Translations under genes and position numbers: made by a program
Notes under the pieces: generated by a model
Databases searched by the model: none
What the model was told of the DNA's origin: nothing
Seen by the model: the letters and a program-made list of their open reading frames with translations, nothing else
Part shown: positions 48,822 through 62,339 of the stretch, one piece after another
Layout: the number at the start of each line of letters is the position of its first letter
Numbering within the stretch: position 1 is the stretch's first letter
Origin: Eledone cirrhosa
Taxonomy: Eukaryota
Direction: 5' to 3'
Assembly (NCBI GenBank): GCA_964016885.1
Contig: OZ024743.1
Location: 162,874,001-162,938,000 of the forward strand
DNA: 64,000 bases

Positions 48822-50169
48822 GTAATTTCTATTGGTTTTCAGTCTACAACTTTTTCTATGTCTATGAAGCTGACTAATGCAGTTTTATATTGTTATTCAA
48901 TAATTTTCATGCAAGTTCTTTCCAAAGTTCTGTGAAAATAGATAAGTACCAACATGTTTGATAGTTTCAGTCTTCATTATCCTTTTTACATTTGTTTAAC
49001 TATGCTTGCATGGGTTGGATGGCTTTTTAGCAGCATAGTTTCCCTCCATTTATTGTGCTCCTTCATCATCTCTTCTGTGAGGTACAGTGTTTTGAGATCG
49101 GCTCTCACTATTTCTATCCAAAATTGATTACACATGGAACACTTTTGGTGATGCTGATGTTGTTACTGTTATTTCATCTCAGGTAAGCCTTGATCCAATA
49201 GTCCTTTGATCAAAATGTTCTAGCCTTGACAATACTGCTCCATCATAAACATAGTGTATGTAAAACTACATTTTCCAATGTATTTGTCTTTTTTTAAGAC
49301 AGTAGGATATGATTTGAGGAATATTTGGCTACTGTTTCTAGATGGTTTGATTGAGATTATGTGGAATTTAGTGAACATTTGTAGAGATTGCAATATTTGG
49401 AATTATTGATTGTGTAAACACTGTCATTCAAATACATTGAAAGAAGGAAGAAAATGTTTGGAGTTTTGCTTTGGAAACATATTTAGTGTAATATTACAAC
49501 ATACATCCAGATAGTTTTTTCTGTTTCTATGTCTATTTTAAATAAAACTATATTTTGACTGAAAATTCATAACTTTTTTTTTAAATTCATAACTCTTTTT
49601 AATTAAATTCCAAAGTTTTGTTTTTGAGAGATGTACCTCAATTAATCTGATTGGTGCCATGACAAAAAGCAGCCAATTCACCTTGTTAGGTGGCCCTGCT
49701 TGTGCCACAACAAAAAGCACCCAGTCTACCTTGTAAGGTGGTAGGGCTGGTGCTACGAAAAACTTCCAGTCCACCCTGTAAAGTGGTTAGCATTAGCCAT
49801 AGAGAACCAAGCCAAATGTGGAAAATATGAGCTAGATGTGGTCATCTCACCTGTCTATCCTCATAACGTGACATCTTGTCTAACTTATGCTGAATTTGGA
49901 AAATACATGCTGAATTTACTGTCTATATTTATGTAGAGTTTAAAATCTGAACATTTGCCCATTCAACTTAGTTATCTTCATCAAGATCATTCTTTTACGA
50001 TCACTTTTTTATCTTCACATTGGTTAGATATAATATATTTTTGAGACAGTTTTCCTATAACCGAATGCCCTTTCTGATGTTAGCCTATAAGTATGGTATA
50101 TACTGCTTGTCTTCATTAAACCAGTTAACTGCAAGGTATATTGTTTATGCACGACTTAAACAAATGTCA

Positions 50170-51330
50170 CCGACCCCTAGTTGCACTCAACTGAGCTCCT
50201 CACCTGGTTAAGGTGTGATAGACCTGCAGACCACCTTGGCCAGCCTCCAGAAGACATTGCCCACAGCAATGGAGCATATACAACCTTCTTTCTTCCTGAG
50301 AGTAGTCAGGCTGGCCGAAAAGAAGAGGCCTTGGGTGTAAGGGTCCAGGGTGCGATGGATGAACCTATTGACGAGTTCCACAATTGCACTCAGTAGATGG
50401 CACCCTGTTTCAGCTGATAGGGGGATAACAACACTTTAAGGTGGCCAGGTCGGAGACCATCAGTACCTCTGCTGCTGCTGGCAGGGAAGGACTTAATGGC
50501 AGAGATGATGTCTACGTCTGATGCCACAAATAGCAGGTGAGGATCAGGTGGGGGTATGGATCTGAGGTCTGCAGGCGGCTCAGGATGCTTGAGTCAGAGA
50601 GCAGCTAAGACCTCCTCGGTGGAGTAGAGGACAGTGTCATCTGAGGCGACCACTCTGACTTTGGCCGAGACATCACCCTCGATTAGGTTGGTGATTATGC
50701 GGTCATGTAAACTCTTTGTGCTGGCCTCAGGGTTGGAGGATTGAGGGCACCTGAGAGCAGAGGGTGTGGCATCCTTGGACACATCCCCAAAGGACAAAAC
50801 GGCCTTGACAAAAGCTGCTGACAACAGGCTGCCACGGTCAGCGCCAGATTTGGGGAGGCCGAGGGCAAGTGGGGTGAAATAGAAGAGGCACTCCCAGTCA
50901 CTTGTTCGATTAGAGTCAAGGGCCCTCTCAATTGAGGATGCGAAGGCGTCGGCCACTGGCACCCAAGCTGCTTTTGGGATCTTCAGTGGAATCTTCCAGA
51001 GCTTTTTCTGAGCCGAGTGATGTTGACCAACAAGGCTTGAGCATCAGGCAAGCTCACTGTCTCATTTGGTGGTGTAGTGGACGGCTGCAGCTGTGCAGAC
51101 AAGAGGAAGAGACAATTGCTGCATCTCCACAATGTGAGGGCACTGGAGGCTCGATGCGTCAGGCCAACACTAGAAAGGTAGTGGAAACAGCCCTACCCGA
51201 ACAGTTCCTGCCTTTCTTCCGCCTGTTTGTGGTGGTGTATGTGATGGAGGTGTCGCCTGGAGTAGGGAACTGGAGCACTATGTGGCAACATGGGTGTGTG
51301 GCTCATTGTTTCTGGCCAGGGCGCTTGACT
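50170..51330 (-). mobile_element. CRE-like retroelement, 5' fragment
   Basis: Colinear with 39400-40250 (LALGLP...GSL, GDVSAxVRVVASDD). Confidence 0.8.
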
Positions 51331-52857
51331 CAATGGTGGATGCGTGGAGGGGAGAAGCTGGAATCATGGGTAAATAGAGAGGGTGGTGATATGAAGGAGG
51401 CATCATATCTCACCTACACCAGATCTGAAGGCAACAGAAGACAAGACAAAAAAAGAGGGAGAATAGGAGCATGGAAGGGCACCTAAAAAAAACCCAAAAA
51501 CATTGTGTGTGTGTGTGTGTGTGTGTGGTATGAGTGTAATTATCAACAGGAATAAATATATATCAATATGTATGTAATTGTGTGGTACAATTGATCCTGG
51601 CTAATTTACATTTATTACCAGTGAGACATCCTCTCTTGATGATCTTATAGTTCTGTTGCTCTTCTCCGTTTTATTCTTCCCGACATATAAACACATGTAT
51701 ACAGTGTTAGTGATGATGGGGACAGTGATATTCATTTGGTTGTGTTCATTTAAGATATATATGTATATATATCTTAAATGATTTAGTAAATCCCCGATGT
51801 TGTAGTTGTACGAGGGTCATAGTATTTTGGTGCCCTCACCTCTGAGTTGTTGCTGCAGATTGTCATTGTTGACATAGAAAAGGGATTGCCAGCTTGGAAT
51901 GACTGGGAACTGTAAATATATACTTATATATACACACATATATATGTTGTTGTTATTGTTTTTGTTGTCACTTTTGCTGTCGGTGTCGTTGGCTTTTTCT
52001 TGTTAATGGTGGTGATAGTTATTACTGCCATCAATTTCAGCTGTCAAGCTGGCTGCTGAATCAACTTCTGTGAGTGAAGACCCAATGCCTTCTTTGACCG
52101 AAGATGCGGGGTCATTGGCTTTCGCCATTTTTTAATTTGGTGAAATTCTAATGAATTTTGTGGGGTTTTTTCTGTGATGGAAATTTGTTGGAGGAAAATT
52201 CTCTAATGTAAGTGTTGCTATTAAAAATTTATTTTTTGAAGAATGTTCATAAAAATGTATCGAAATCTTGGAGAAACTCACTAGCGGCGAAAACATTGAT
52301 CTACCATGTGTGCTTTATATATCCTTTTGGTGATGTATTCAATTGTATTTTGGCATAGTTTCTAACTTTGGTTATTTCTTTTCAATTCCACATATTTTTC
52401 AATTTATTTAGATGGTTGTCTGTAATGTTTTGTTTTGATGTAGATTTTGTTTTATCTTGTATTGGGTCTTGGAACAGGAGGTGATTGAATGCAACTGTAA
52501 ATAAAACTTATATATGTTTATAATGCACTTATATAAACTTCGCTATATGTGAATAAATATGCTATTTGAAGCAACATTTATAATAATGATATTTACATTA
52601 TTTGGTAAGGATTCTCACCAGCGATTGATTGGCTTATTGTTATTGTATTTTGTATTTCTTCAAACACGTGCCACAACAATTATCATGTAAACGTTGTCAT
52701 AAATTGGTATATGCATTAATAAACATATTTTACATTAAACACAATGAGACATATAACAAGTATTTTGTCATTGGTTCAGTTTTGTTTCTTGTTGTAACTT
52801 TATCATTTCAATGTTACATTTGTAGCTCTGGCATCATAGTTCTTAGTTTTCTCCTAT

Positions 52858-53550
52858 CTGTAATGTTTATCATGCTCAGAACATTGACCTCCTGGAAACT
52901 GTTCAGAGACGTGCAACCAAGCGCATACCCTCCATCAGACACCTACCATACTCTGAACGCCTTGCTTCCCTGGGCATGGATTCATTGAAGCTCCGACGTC
53001 TGGCAATGGACCTGGTGAATACCCACAAAGTTTTTAACCATCTCGCCAATTGCAACGCTGAGCGCCTCTTTGATCTCCATGTGTCTAACACACAAGATCA
53101 GAAAACAGCACAGCTCCCATGACTTTCGTAGACATTTTTTCACGCTCAGAGTTGCTGAAGCATGGAACAAACTGCCTGCGTCAATTGTTAGCTGCCGAGA
53201 CACTGCATCCTTTAAGACACTCATGCTTCCCGAAATACGCCAAAACTACACCTGATGTACCCCTTCCATACACATGCACACATGTGTGTATCATGACTCG
53301 TGCACTGTTCATTTTACTGATGTTTGTGCATTGCCCTATGTACTGTACATACACTTTTTTGATGAGTTGTGGTGCACCTGGGCACTGTACACAATATTTC
53401 ATTATTGTTATTGTTATTATATCATGACTCGTACACTGTTCATTTTCCTGACATTTGTACATTATTCTATGTACTATACATGCACCTTTGATGAGTTGTA
53501 GTGCACCTGAGCACTGTACACAATAATTTCATTATTATTATTATTATTTA
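52858..53550 (+). mobile_element. CR1 LINE 3' end with duplicated 3' UTR
   Basis: Matches the reverse complement of 32990-33510; about 130-bp 3' segment duplicated, (TAT)n tails. Confidence 0.85.
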
Positions 53551-53784
53551 TCTGCATATCTGATCTGTGTGATCTAATGTTGTGTGAGCCTGCTTGTAAA
53601 AGATGGCACTTGCCTTGGAAATATAACAGAGAATAATGATTACAGACAGACAAATTACAATAATGTGGAATGATTAAATCTGTGCATGCTGAATATGAAC
53701 TGATTCTCTTTTCTCCCAAAAGTGTATTTTTGAAGTTGTTTGGACAAGTTTATCAATGATGACTGATGTATTTTTGTTTTTCAG

Positions 53785-53847
53785 GCCTTCAGTCAGGTAC
53801 TCCAAAATCTAAGAAACTCTTATCTGAAGCCAATAGATGTGAAACAG
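53785..53847 (+). CDS. ORC2: ORC2 coding exon 5
   Basis: tttttcag/GTAAGA, 63 nt, phase 1-1 (GLQSGTPKSKK...). Confidence 0.75.
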
Positions 53848-55356
53848 GTAAGATAAAGGGAAAATTTCATCTCATGTTTTTTAATTGTTGGTGAATGCAG
53901 TGGCACTGTTTGAGTACTGACTCGATCCTTTACTATCTATCCAACTCTTGCCAGCTTGGAAAACTTATGTTAAATGATGATGGAACATGAATATTGGCTT
54001 ATAATATAGGTACAAGACATTTGAACTTAAAATTATACATTAAGGTGATAGTGCTGGTGAGACAAAAAGTACCCAGCCCACCCTGTAAGGTGGTCATGAT
54101 AAAATGCTCCTTGTACATGCTATAATGTGGTTGGTATTAAGAAGGGTATCTGGCCATAGAATCAAGTTAAAAATGGGGCATATGAGCAAGCTTCAGTACG
54201 TGACAACATGTCTAATCACTGCAAGTGTGGAAAATAACCATTAAGTGGTGGTGATGATGATGATACTGTATCTATAAGAGGCTGTCTTGTTCTTGGTATT
54301 CCTGCATAAAGATATTATTTAGTTCCAACTCAGCCTTAATCAAGTAGACCTATGATCAAATATGTTCTAATTGTGACCATCCTGTTGTTTGGCCATAGTG
54401 TATTTAGAGCTATATCCAATGCCCTTCTTTTTTTTTTAAACAGTAGAGTGTGAATTGAGGCAGATTGGCTATTATTTGTAACAGATCATATTACTCCATA
54501 GAGATTCTCTTGTTAGTTCAGCATAAAGATGAAGTCAACAGATGTGCACCATCAAGCCAACTTCATTTAAACCTGCATCAGAAAATAATGTCTAAGTATA
54601 CAGAAAGAAGAAACTCAAATTTCCATTTTAAAGTAAAATAAGTCAAGTTAAAAGCAAGTCTTAAAACTTAAAAAGTTGTTATAAATATCAGATCTCTTCA
54701 GGTGATCTCACATTCATAACATAACTGAAGCTATGACCATAATGGAAAACTGTTCTTACATCTGGGATGCTATTGTACATATAAACATCCAGACTCTGCC
54801 CTCTGTCACGTGCACACACAAAAGATTAGTTGGCATGTAACTACACTCCATTCTCTGCCCCTTGGATGAGCTATTTTATCAGTCTTTTCTGCCACTATCA
54901 TATTGGCCTGTTCCTCAGAGCTGGTTCATTATATGCCATCTCCACCTAGGCTCAATTGTTTCACTAATCTCTCATCACTCATATTCTGTCTACTCTCAGC
55001 TCAGCACTAGTCATCAACCCTCTAAACTTCCCTCCCAGCCCATGTTTTTTCCTGTAGTCATCAACTTGCATTTGTTTATGAAGAATATCAACCACATTGA
55101 TCTCACCAGTTTTGAAAATCCTGCAAATGCCATGCAAACAGTACCTTCCTTCAGACTAAAGCATTAAAAATTATATATATAATTATGGAATGAAGCTTAT
55201 GGAACATAATGGACACAGCTTTGGTTGTTTCCTCACTTACTCAATAATTTAATTAGAATTGAATTATTTTTTAAAATGTGCAGAGAACTTAATAAAGAAC
55301 TTTTTTCTACTTTTCAAGAATGTTGTTACTAAGTTATATCCATTTATACTTTACAG

Positions 55357-55446
55357 ATAGTCTTGCTGTGAGTCTACGGAAGAAATCACACAAACGACCA
55401 GAAACCACTACACCATATAGGCTTCGTAAAAGGAACCCTTCTGTTA
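55357..55446 (+). CDS. ORC2: ORC2 coding exon 6
   Basis: tttacag/GTAAGT, 90 nt, phase 1-1, TTTPYRLRKR motif. Confidence 0.8.
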
Positions 55447-56217
55447 GTAAGTATTTTTTCTCTCTCTTCTTAACTTTTCCTCTTCTAGGCCATTTCTAGA
55501 ATTTTCTGCAACGTTCTACTTCAGATTAGTTTCTCCTCCTTTGACAATCTAATGAATGCTGAGGCTGGACAAACTAATATATATTGTTAACTTCTTTTTG
55601 TTTGTCCTATACTTTTTTTTCAATGTTTTCATGGTTGGTAATAAAAAGTGCCATAATAAAAAGCACTTAGCCTACTTTGTAAAGTGGTGGTACAGATCCA
55701 TGATAAAACACACCCAATCAACACTGTAAGTGGTAGTGGTACTACCACAAAAAAACAAACCCAGTCCACTCTGTGAAGTGGTTGATATTACGAAGGCATC
55801 CAGCCATAGAAGACATGCCAGAATGGAATATATGAGTGAGAAGCTATCACCTAACCTGTCTAGCCTCACAATGTGACAACCTGTCTCACCCATCCAAGAA
55901 TGGAAAACAGAAGTTAAATGGTGGTGCTGGTTGAGATAGCTTCATGAAATTTTTCTATTTACACATTGTTGAAGCAATTACTTTTACAGCTGGACACTCT
56001 TACCACAAACCATTCAACCATAAAGATGGAGTGAAGCCTGTTGTCAGTCATGTAGGTTGTGGCCAGCTGAATTGTGTGATGCTCAGTGGCTCAAATTATT
56101 TATAATAATAAGGTTTAAACTCTTGTGGTTAGTAGTCCAGTACCTTATGACTTGTATCTCATTAAATTTTTGCAAGCACTAAAACTCCACAAATATATTT
56201 CCATTTTTGTTTTTCAG

Positions 56218-56414
56218 CTTACAAAAATGATTCCTCCAGTGACAGTGTGTATTCTTCCAGTGATGAAAGTAACTCAAGCTCTGAACCCCAAGAAAAAGTT
56301 CTAAATGCTGCTGACAAGGAGTCTCAGGATTTTGGAAAAATAAAATCAATTTCTAAAGCTAACACAAAAAATCTTATTCCAAGTGCTTCTAAAAAAATGT
56401 GTGAGGAAGATATG
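56218..56414 (+). CDS. ORC2: ORC2 coding exon 7
   Basis: tttttcag/GTATGT, 197 nt, phase 1-0, Ser/acidic tract DSSSDSVYSSSDES. Confidence 0.8.
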
Positions 56415-57919
56415 GTATGTTACTATATATATACTAGGTATTTAAAAGTATGTTAGGTATGTTATTTCAGTATATTTTTTACTACTATCTACTGTATCTG
56501 AGTTCAAATTCCACTGAGGTAAACTTTGCCTTTTATCCAAAAACAGTACTAGTCAATTACTGTGGTCAATTCTTCCTCTATATCTCTTTCTCACTCTCCA
56601 TCCTTCTCTGGAAGAAATCTTCTGTATTCAGACCTGGAGAGGAGATGGGTTCCTCTAGATTTAAAAATGCCCTAGAAACGCCATATATGACTCCCTCAGT
56701 AGTTAAGGTTCCATACATGCATACTATATCTACATATGCCATCAGACTTCAATATATTTTGTCACTATAGTCTAAAACATTATACTAATATGTACTTATA
56801 TGTGTATTAATGAATCATCATCATTTAACATCTATCTTCCCTGCTAGTAAGGGTTAGATGAGTTTTCATAGATTGAGTCAGTACTCAAGGGAAACTGCTA
56901 ACCTTTTAGATGGACTAGTGGCCTGCATCTCATATTCTAGTGCTTTGCCGAGTGCATTTTATCATGTCACCATCACTTTGGCAGGTTTTCACCAGCTAGA
57001 TGCCTTTCTTATCACCAACCACTTTACAGAGTGTACTGGGTGTGTTTATTGTGTAGATCACCAACACTAGGGCGATTCTTGTCTTTGACATAACTGTAAA
57101 GTCTTTCCAACCCTTTGTTTGGCAAGCTTTCTATAGCTGGATACTCTTCCTATCACCAGCCATGATGTATTTTATTTTATCTGCAACCAATTTTAAGTTC
57201 ATTATAACTCATAGCTTGTTCCAAATATCCCATTGAAAAGAATTAGGCTATATACTTCATGCTATATACTTAGTACATGCTAAAAAAAAGAAAGACAGTG
57301 TTATTTTCTCTTAATAATCATTGAGAAAATCTTTGGGCTTGCTATTTTCAGTAGTTTCTGAGATACCAAACAAACAATTAAAGAATAAGGCAAAATTAGC
57401 TGGATGGCTGAATGATTCACATTATTACACCTCACATTTGCAAAGTCGACCTTTTAGGATATGCTGCATAAGTATTGTCAGCCTCATATGATGTTGCATC
57501 CCATAGGAGGTTTCTTGGGTGATGGGCGTTATGTCAACATTTTCCCTCAGACCTCAAAGCTGGAGTAGTTATCACAAGGCATTCTCCTGTCTAAAGCTTT
57601 AACAATTCCACCAATCCTCAGTTCTAGACTAGTACTTAATTTCATCATCATCGTCATGTTCCTACAACTGGTGCAGCTAGTCATTGGGGTGTCATTCTAG
57701 ATGCTTTTGTAGTCAGTCATCGCCATTAGTATCTATTCTCCATCATTTGTAGAAGAGTCTCTCTGTTGTGACCAGTCCAGTCTTTGATGTTGTCAGACCA
57801 GGATTTTCTTTGCCTCTTCGTTGTCCTCCCTCAACTGTACCTTCAAAGATGGTTTTGGACATTTAATTTGATTCTCTAAAACTCTGCCCACTTGACACCT
57901 TGAATGATTATTATTGTAC

Positions 57920-58590
57920 ATCATCATCATCATCTTCGTTTAACATCTATCTTCCATGCTAGCATGGGATAGACGGGAATTGTCCCACTTGAGGCAAGAT
58001 TGACCGGGTGACCGTGTCTCACTCGTATAGGACTATCTGGCAGTTTTCTACAGTTGGATGTCCTTCCTAACACCAACCACATTTACAGCGTGGACTGTGT
58101 GTTTTTTTGTCGTGACACGTACACGACCTCTTTAGTTTGGACTGGATGTTGTGGTACCAACATAACTTTATAGAGAAAGGGTGGTGTTGGTGGGAGTGGG
58201 AGGATGGAGTAGGGGTAGTGGGTTGGGGTGTATATTTGGTTAGGAGGAACCTACTGACTGTAGGTTAACTTTGCACGTAAAGAAGACAGGTCTTCTGTAT
58301 TACTGCATGGCATCAAAGATCTCAATCCAGTGACATTGTCTTAGAGAGGTGTAAGTGTGCAAGGTTGGAATTTATCATGTCGTCCCAGGTTTTTCTGGGT
58401 CTACCTACTCCATAACTTCCATCAATTTTGATTGCCCTGCACTTTTTTATACAGCTGTTGTCTTTCATGCTCATCACATGACCATACCAACATAATCTTT
58501 TCGCAAGTAAACAACATCTGCTCCTTCTTTTTCCTAATTTCTCACTTAGTTCGTTTATGTTTTGCCATTCGTGTATATTACTATTACTAT
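57920..58590 (-). mobile_element. RTE LINE 3' end
   Basis: ORF 58322-58600 (WYGHVM...GRPRKTW), 3' UTR and (CAT)n. Confidence 0.88.
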
Positions 58591-58766
58591 TACATAACAA
58601 ATATTACCCTTGGAGCACAAGAAACTGTACAAACATTCTTATTTAACTTTTTTTTTAAGTCAGTATAACAGCAAGAACTAAACATGGTAAAAAATTATAT
58701 ATTATAACAAAATAAATTTGTCTCTTAAACATCAAATGACATTGCATAAAACTTGTCTTTTGACAG

Positions 58767-58972
58767 CCATCTGTTGTGGAGGAGTATTTCGAAGTGCATT
58801 CTACGAAAGCACTTACATCAGAACGAACACTATCTCACATGGATCTGCCACGTATTGATTTAGATGATCTACAGAAACTTCTGAAAAATGTCTCGGGAAA
58901 CCATTGCAAGGAGTTCAAACAACTTTTTAGCCACTATTCTACATATTTTGACAAATGGTTATTTTTACTCAG
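58767..58972 (+). CDS. ORC2: ORC2 coding exon 8
   Basis: VEEYFEVHS...TSERTL...YFDKWLFLL, start of the conserved ORC2 domain; phase 0-2. Confidence 0.92.
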
Positions 58973-58989
58973 GTAATTATATTTCATGA

Positions 58990-59520
58990 ATTCACTGTTA
59001 GTTCTAGTTTAATATGATTATAAACAACAACAAAAGTTTTAATACCATCATGCCTGCTTAAGAATTTTTTCCTATCAATTACATCCACCCTCACCAACAC
59101 CATTATCTTTAGCCATGTCCTTCTTGATCTTCCCTTTCCGCTACATTTTTCTACATTCATTTCAATCTCTCCTCCCACCCAGTCACTTTCATCCTTCCTC
59201 AACACATGATCCAACTATCTCATTCCTTTTCTCTTCACAACATTCATCACTGGTTCTATTCCTATTATACTCTGTGAATCATTGTTTGTCTTTTTCTCTT
59301 TCAGTGATACTCCACTCATCCACCAGACCATTTTCATTTTCTCCAACCTCTTGTTACTCCATGTTCATCACCCATGTTTTCACCCCTATAAATCATGACA
59401 TTTCTCACACATGCATCATACACCTTTCCTTTCAGTTTCAGTGACACTTCTCTCCTCATTAGTATACCACTCAGTTTCTGGAACTTCTTCTATGCATATC
59501 TAACTCTAGCTACTGTTGCC
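58990..59520 (-). mobile_element. Old RTE-like LINE fragment
   Basis: HVLRK...GKGRSRRTW in ORF 58984-59214. Confidence 0.6.
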
Positions 59521-60974
59521 AAGTCTAATCCACTCTCTCCATTCAACATGTAACTAAGTGCTTACAGCTGTGGAAGTTGGTGGGGGCATTACTTACTGCC
59601 ATGGAATTGATACCAAACTCATACATAGTATGTATATAAATTCAAAAAAAGTTGAGCAAAAACAACGGAAAAACAGATGAAACACAGGACAGTTCTTTCT
59701 CATCAGTCGACCTTTGGCAGCCCTTGTGATTTGGGTATCATTAAGGTCAATATCACTAGCTCCAGTGCACATAGGACAGTAATAGATGGGCACAAGACAG
59801 GATAATTGGTCTTTCTATCATTTTCAAATAAAATAAAAATTGCTACAAACATATGTGTTGCAACTGAAAGAAGACATGTAAACAAAGCCCATCATATTAG
59901 CCGAGAAGAAAAAGGATGCACAGACGATGAAGCGTAAAAGAGAAGATGGAAGAGACAGCTGGACATTAGTCCTAAATCTAAATAGACAGACAAAATGAGC
60001 AGATGGAAAGTAAGAAAAAGAACAGAGAACACAAGTGGTGTAACCTTTAAAACATTTCAATTTGAGAGAATGTCCCGCATGGCTAAGATCTTGTAAAATT
60101 AGTTAAAAGGTGAGCAAAGAATAACTGACAAAACACAAGATATTCCTTTTTCATCAGTTGACCAGAGGAGGTCCTTGTGATTTCACTGCATTAAGGTTGA
60201 GCCTGCACCTGTGTGTGTATGTATGTATACATGCATGTGTGTATATATATATATATATATAGACACACACATGAGGGTGTGTTTAAGAATTTTGCTTCAA
60301 ATTAATGTGGTTTTAGATCTAATCCCACTTTATGGCTCCTTGGGCAAGTGTCTTCCTCCCTCAATTGCTTATTATGTTGCCTAGATAGCAAAATCTATCA
60401 ACCATTTCTATGGGTCCTTCCTGTAACTGGAATAGGCTTACATCATTGGCTATCTTTCCCTCGGTTACCCCTGTGTATCTTTTACAAATAAAGTCTTACC
60501 TTCTGTTAGTCTACCCGTTGTCCCACTACACCACTTGTGTACCTAAGATTTACATTGTGTACATCATATGGAGTTTATGCTTACTCCTTTTCTACATAAG
60601 ACCTGGGCAGAGGTTGTGAGAAATGACTTCAAATCACAAAGACGCACAGAGGCAATGACAAAGGATCATGACATGTGGAGAAATGCCATGGGGAGAAAGA
60701 CATGTCAAACCCATGCAGGCGTGGAAAAGCGGACGTAAAAATGATATATATAGAGAGAAAGAAAGAGGAAGATAAAAACTCGACCGTGACACCTAGCAGA
60801 CTTTATATATATACAAGTTTAAGTGAGTTGATAATACAGCTATATAAAGGCAAAGAAAATTTTTAAAGCTCAATGGGATTTTATAGTCCTCAGCACCATA
60901 GGTAAAAAACAGTTCAGAGTTTAATCTAATAGGTAAATTTACAATCACAGTAGTGTTACAATATCACAGAGCAT

Positions 60975-61392
60975 ATCATCATCATTTAACGTCCACTTTC
61001 CACGCTAGCATGGGTTAGACAGATTGTTCTATTTGAGGCAAGTTGGGTCAGGTGACTGTGTTATGCTCATATAGAACTGTTTCTGGCTGGTTTTCTACAG
61101 CTGGATGCCCTTCCTAATGCCAACCACATTTACAGTATGTGCTGGGTGCTTTTTGTTGTGACTCCGACACGACCACTTTACAGTGTAGGGGTGGATGCTT
61201 TTTGTGATAGCAACATAACTTTACAGTGCATGGGTGGTTTGGACTGGAGTGGGAGTGTGGGTGTACAGGCATAGGGGTGTATGGAAAGGAGTATAGTGGT
61301 TAAGATGTGTGTTTGAGTCTGTGTACATGGGAAGGCATGTCTTCTGTAATACTGCATAAAGCCAAAGATCTCGATCCTGTGTCATTGTCATT
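60975..61392 (-). mobile_element. RTE LINE 3' end
   Basis: Reverse complement resembles 26700-26830 plus 27300-27462. Confidence 0.75.
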
Positions 61393-61395
61393 TAT

Positions 61396-61535
61396 ATGGC
61401 TTAGTGGTTAGAGCATTGGCCTTGCAATCGAAAGGTTGTGAGTTCAATTCTCAGACCGGGTGATGTGTTGTTTCCTTGAGCAAGATACTTTATTTCACAT
61501 TGCTCCAGTTTACTCAGCTGTAGAAATGAGTTGAT
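61396..61535 (+). mobile_element. tRNA-derived CORE-type SINE
   Basis: A box tggcttagtggttagagc, B box gagttcaattc, CORE-like ccttgagcaagatacttt. Confidence 0.7.
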
Positions 61536-61884
61536 AGGGACTGGGGTCCCTATCATTCCACTGCAAAGTGGTCGTGGAGGTGCCACAGCAAAAAAGCACC
61601 CAGCACTCACTGTAAATGAGGTTGGTGTTAGGAAGGGCATCCAGCTGTAGAAATCAAGCCAGAATCAGTTCCTGTTCCACCCTTGCAAGCAGGGAAAAAG
61701 CGGACGTAAAATGATGAAAAAAAAAAAATATATAACAAAGATTAACAGGGATTTGGCGATTTTAATTAAAGCATTTAATTGGTTTACAACCGGAGTTATT
61801 CTAACAGGAATATTCCATACTGACTTGGTTTATGTAGAAAGTGGACATCAAAAATGATGATGATTTTTTTTTTTTTTTTTTCAG

Positions 61885-62017
61885 CTATGGATTCAATATT
61901 TTGGTGTATGGATTTGGTTCCAAAAAGTCATTGTTAGAAAAATTCTTTTCTAAAAATCTCAACTGTTATGACCACGTTATAGTCAATGGTTTCTTCCCAA
62001 GTTTGTCAATAAAACAT
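61885..62017 (+). CDS. ORC2: ORC2 coding exon 9 (gene continues beyond the window)
   Basis: GFNILVYGFGSKKSLLEKF...VIVNGFFPSLSIK, the hallmark ORC2 motif; poly-T acceptor, GTATGT donor, phase 2-0. Confidence 0.95.
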
Positions 62018-62339
62018 GTATGTTCGTCCTTCATTTTATTTCTCTGATTTTGAAAAGTTACTTTAATGTTATGGTCTAGAAGAAAACCATTTGAAAGAAA
62101 AACGAGTTGAATTGAGAATTATAGAAAAAAAGAATTTGTTTTGATAATCTTTTAAAATATGTTAATCTCAGACAGAAAAACAATGCTGAACGTGGCAGGG
62201 TTTATATTAAATTTAAATGTGTACTCCTAGGTCTCGAATAATGTCCCCCCTCCGTCCCTCTCTCGGCACACGCTTATTAAATTTTGCTAATCTATCACCA
62301 GTGAGATTCTATTTTAAGTGGTAGCATTCCTGATAGTAT

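Noticed and set aside
61396-61470. tRNA gene
   Set aside because: A/B boxes present but no acceptor stem, and it continues into a SINE body; same applies to 21192-21260
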